From Acidobacteriota bacterium (GTDB lineage Bacteria; Acidobacteriota; Vicinamibacteria; Vicinamibacterales; CAVVIG01): 38,929 nt of DNA. The notes under the pieces were generated by a model. That model worked only from the letters and a program-made list of their open reading frames with translations. It was not told the DNA's origin and made no database searches. Shown piece by piece: positions 33,103-38,929 of the stretch. Position numbers and translations under genes: made by a program. How positions within the stretch are numbered: the stretch's first letter is position 1; each line of letters starts with the position of its first letter. The stretch lies in NCBI GenBank assembly GCA_043783985.1, contig JAYVYV010000083.1, positions 1-38,929 of the forward strand. Reading direction: 5' to 3'.

Positions 33103-33202
33103 GAGCCGTTCATTCTATCCGAAATATTTGCCTCGTCTGGACGGCGAACCCGCGATCGGCCGAGCGATTCTCGCGGGCCACCGTCTTGCACCGGCGATCG
33201 CC

Positions 33203-36445
<3,243 letters not shown>

Positions 36446-36460
<15 letters not shown>

Positions 36461-36517
36461 GAATGCAGCATGCAGCATTCGCGCGAAGTCCAAATTCCAA
36501 ATTCTGAATGCCGAATT
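36446..36517. repeat. family-B-related palindromic spacer between convergent genes (probable terminator region)
   Basis: ggaattcaga ... gaatgcagcatgcagcattc ... tctgaatgccgaattcc. Outer arms are ggaattc/gaattcc, with an inner imperfect palindrome. Confidence 0.6.
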
Positions 36518-36523
36518 CCTCCT

Positions 36524-37903
36524 TCAGCGGACGCGGCCGGCGAGCAGGAGGAGCGCTTTGTTCTTCGGCTCCTTTTCGAGGCCCCGCGCGATCGTGGCAC
36601 GGGCCGCTGGCCGGTCGCCCGCGCGGAGCTCGGCGTCGGCGAGCGACGTCATCAGCCGTAGGTCGTTCGTGTTCGACCGAACGGCCTTGGTCAGCCATCG
36701 GACGGCCGTGTCCGGATCGTTCAAGCGCAGCGAGAGTGACGCGATCCGCGTCGCGCGCGGCACCAGGTCAGCGGCGTTCGCCGTCAGCCCGCCGTATTGA
36801 ATCAGTGCCTGGCGCGCCGGGTCCAGGTGGCTCTGCTTCTCGGCGGTCGAGGCGTAGAGCAGCAGCGCCTGCGGATCGATCGGGAACCGCAGCGTCGCCT
36901 GCTGCAGCGCGTGCTCGGCGCCGTCCACGTCACCTTCCTGAAGCAGCGCGCGCCCGTACAGCGTGAGGGTCTCGCTCGTCGCCGCGGGGCTCGACGCCAC
37001 GCGCTGGAGCGCTTCGCGCGCCTTGCTGAGGAACGCGCGGTCGTCGCGAGGCCGCTCGAGCCACACTTTGCCCAGCGCGCGGTAGATCTCCGGCTCGTTC
37101 GGACTGCGCTCGAGCGCGCCGCTCAGCGTCAGCACCGCCAGATCCCAGCGTCCCGCGCGTGCGTGGGCGAGGCCGATCGCGACCTGCCGCGTCACACGAT
37201 CGCGATCGAGGCCGGCGAGGATCTGGAGCTGGTCGAGCTCTTCGCCGTGCCGGTCGAGCGATCCGTAGAGATCCGCGAGCTCTTCGCGCGCCGGCACGTG
37301 GCCGGGCGCCAGCGCCAGCGCTTTTTCGAGCGCCGCCAACGCGTCGGGCAGGCGGCGTCGCTCGCGCAGGCAGACGCCGAGAAGGTACTGCGCATCCGCC
37401 AGGCGGTCGTCCAGCCTCACGGTGTCCTTCAGCGCCGCGATCGCGCCATCGACGTCGCGGTCGCGGTAGCGCGCGAGCGACAGCTTGTAGGTCACGCGGG
37501 CGGATCGGTCGTCGAGCCGCACGCACCGCTCGTACGCCGAGGCCGCGCGCGCGTAGATCTGCGACTGAAAGAGGGCGTCGCCGAGCGCTTCCAGGGGGCG
37601 GGTCGCGGTCGGGTCGAGCCTGGCGGCGGTGCGGAAGTCGCGCGCGGCGGCGTCGAGGTCGCCGCGGTCGCCGCGCCGCAGGTACGTCTGCCCGCGACGC
37701 AGGTAGGCCAGCATCGAGTCCGGCCGCACGGCGATCGCGCCGCTGTAGGCCTCGATGGCGTTGAACGTCAGGTCGTCCCGCAGGGCGGTGTCGCCCCGGT
37801 TCAGCAGCGCGCTGTAATTGCGCTGGGCGACCGCCTGATACGCGGCGGCGCCTCCGGCGACGGCGAGCGCCAGCACCGCCAGCGCGAAGATCATCCGCTT
37901 CAC
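36524..37903 (-). CDS. membrane-anchored/secreted TPR-repeat protein
   Basis: N-terminal hydrophobic MIFALAVLALAVAGGAAAY, followed by ~10 TPR-like 34-aa units (..A...Y..A...P....A...LG..). Confidence 0.75.
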   Translation of the reverse strand: MKRMIFALAVLALAVAGGAAAYQAVAQRNYSALLNRGDTALRDDLTFNAIEAYSGAIAVRPDSMLAYLRRGQTYLRRGDRGDLDAAARDFRTAARLDPTATRPLEALGDALFQSQIYARAASAYERCVRLDDRSARVTYKLSLARYRDRDVDGAIAALKDTVRLDDRLADAQYLLGVCLRERRRLPDALAALEKALALAPGHVPAREELADLYGSLDRHGEELDQLQILAGLDRDRVTRQVAIGLAHARAGRWDLAVLTLSGALERSPNEPEIYRALGKVWLERPRDDRAFLSKAREALQRVASSPAATSETLTLYGRALLQEGDVDGAEHALQQATLRFPIDPQALLLYASTAEKQSHLDPARQALIQYGGLTANAADLVPRATRIASLSLRLNDPDTAVRWLTKAVRSNTNDLRLMTSLADAELRAGDRPAARATIARGLEKEPKNKALLLLAGRVR

Positions 37904-37928
37904 GATGGCTCTATCCTACCAGCGGAGC

Positions 37929-37956
37929 GGAACTTTCGGGCCGCGGCGGGGTCTAA
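37929..37956 (+). promoter_or_regulatory. ECF-type promoter candidate GGAACTT-N16-TCTAA
   Basis: ggaacttt cgggccgcggcgggg tctaa, ending about 10 nt upstream of the ECF sigma ORF start. Typical of autoregulated ECF sigma genes. Confidence 0.45.
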
Positions 37957-37965
37957 CTTGATATA

Positions 37966-38583
37966 GTGGAATGCTCTGTGAAACAGGTCCGCGCCGCCAG
38001 TTGGTTAGACGTCGGCGGCCGCGAGGCGGCGCTCGTGCAGCGGTGCGCGGTGGGGGAGCAGCAGGCCTGCACCGAGTTGGTCGCCGAGCATCAGCGCATG
38101 GTGATCCAGCTGGCGATGAACCTGCTGAGCGACCGCGACGAAGCGCTCGACCTGTCCCAGGAGGTCTTCCTCCGGGTGTTCCGCACGATCCAACGCTTCC
38201 GCGGCCAATCGAGCCTTCGCACCTGGATCTACCGGATTGCGGTCAACCAGGCGCGCAACCGGCACCGGTTCTGGCGCCGGCGCCACCGCGCGGATCAGGT
38301 CTCGCTCGATCAGCATATCGCCGCGCACGGCGAGTTCCGATCGAACGGCGACTCGACGCCCGATCGCGTGTTCGCACAGAAGGAGTTGGGGGAGCGCCTC
38401 CAGACCGCGCTCGACCATCTGCCGTTCGACCAGCGCACCGCGATCGTGCTGCGCGAGATCGACGGCTTGAGCTACGAAGAGATTGCGTTTTCGCTCGGCG
38501 TGGCGGTGGGCACCGTCAAGTCGCGCCTCACACGGGCCCGTCAGGCGCTGCGTCTCGAGTTGCGCGAGGCGAGGATCTCATGA
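37966..38583 (+). CDS. ECF-family RNA polymerase sigma factor
   Basis: Region 2 (EALDLSQEVFLRVFRTIQRFRGQSSLRTWIYRIAVNQARN) and region 4 (IVLREIDGLSYEEIAFSLGVAVGTVKSRLTRARQAL). Start is GTG 37966 or GTG 37978. Confidence 0.85.
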   Translation: MECSVKQVRAASWLDVGGREAALVQRCAVGEQQACTELVAEHQRMVIQLAMNLLSDRDEALDLSQEVFLRVFRTIQRFRGQSSLRTWIYRIAVNQARNRHRFWRRRHRADQVSLDQHIAAHGEFRSNGDSTPDRVFAQKELGERLQTALDHLPFDQRTAIVLREIDGLSYEEIAFSLGVAVGTVKSRLTRARQALRLELREARIS

Positions 38584-38929
38584 AGTCGCTGAGTTGCGCA
38601 TCCGCCCGGCGGCGGCTGCAGGCGTTTCACGACCGCGAACTCGCCATCCCCGAACACATCGCCGTCAGTGCGCACGTCGAATGGTGCCGGCGCTGCACCC
38701 GGGCGCTCGCGGAGATCCGCGAGGTCGGCGCGGCGCTGCAGTCCGTCCTGCCCGGACGCCTGGTGCTGTCGCAGGAAGACGCCGCGGTGTTTACGGGCAC
38801 CGTCGTCAACCGGCTCAAGGCCGAAGACGATGCGTCGCTGTTTGCGCGCATGCGGGTCATGTTCGAAGACATGCGTCTGGGCTACGCCGGACTCGGCGCC
38901 ACCGCCGCCACGATTGCCTGCATCGTCGT
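38580..38929 (+). CDS. anti-sigma factor, zf-HC2-like N-terminus (partial, runs off the window)
   Basis: My translation: MKSLSCASARRRLQAFHDRELAIPEHIAVSAHVEWCRRCTRAL.., showing an H-x3-C-x2-C motif. ATG overlaps the sigma stop (ATGA). No stop before the window end. Confidence 0.65.
   Translation, partial: MKSLSCASARRRLQAFHDRELAIPEHIAVSAHVEWCRRCTRALAEIREVGAALQSVLPGRLVLSQEDAAVFTGTVVNRLKAEDDASLFARMRVMFEDMRLGYAGLGATAATIACIV

Noticed and set aside
33002-33202. Upstream starts for the sigma-54 activator (33002, 33101).
   Set aside because: They overlap the aroC coding region or its start codon on the opposite strand and would leave no promoter space. ATG 33203 leaves a 100-bp divergent spacer.
36590-36610. 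TGGCAC-containing sites as sigma-54 promoters. Examples: 36595, 22350, 14590, 20858 (reverse).
   Set aside because: None has the TTGC(A/T) element at the required 5-nt spacing, and all lie inside coding regions.

Overview
High-GC chromosomal segment (about two-thirds G+C or more by eye, not computed) from a diderm bacterium, since BamD is present. The repeat style hints at Acidobacteriota, but that is a low-confidence inference. No rRNA genes or CRISPR arrays were seen.

Gene content, left to right:
- tRNA-Val.
- A nucleoside/pentose salvage neighbourhood: citryl-CoA-lyase-like gene, upp, a secreted amidohydrolase, hpt, rpiB, deoC.
- A tetR-led three-subunit molybdenum hydroxylase operon (2Fe-2S, Mo and FAD subunits). 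The FAD subunit carries a Cys-rich insertion like that of 4-hydroxybenzoyl-CoA reductase.
- A KdpD/KdpE-like two-component pair.
- An ~8.1 kb genomic island in tRNA-Gly(CCC). It is bounded by a 25-bp direct repeat and carries a frameshifted tyrosine integrase.
- Mannose activation genes and pgsA.
- A long minus-strand housekeeping string with many 4-nt stop/start overlaps: def-fmt-rsmB-PASTA-rpe-thioesterase-epimerase-bamD.
- An inverted-repeat-flanked GxxExxY (PD-(D/E)xK) cassette.
- aroC.
- A ~1085-aa sigma-54 activator, a TPR protein, and an ECF sigma/anti-sigma pair.

Two signals stand out:
1. Three families of 7-bp tandem repeats (GATTGCG-like, TTTCAGA-like, AGGGCTG-like) plus a 24-bp element fill almost every intergenic spacer. 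They are read through as CDS tails, and in one case sit as an in-frame insertion inside a regulator.
2. The island carries an S8 subtilase whose C-terminus is a tandem array of the hexapeptide NIVWGT. Its stop codon overlaps the start of a GNAT acetyltransferase gene (TAATG).

Frameshifts are confined to accessory genes: msrA, the integrase and the GxxExxY gene.
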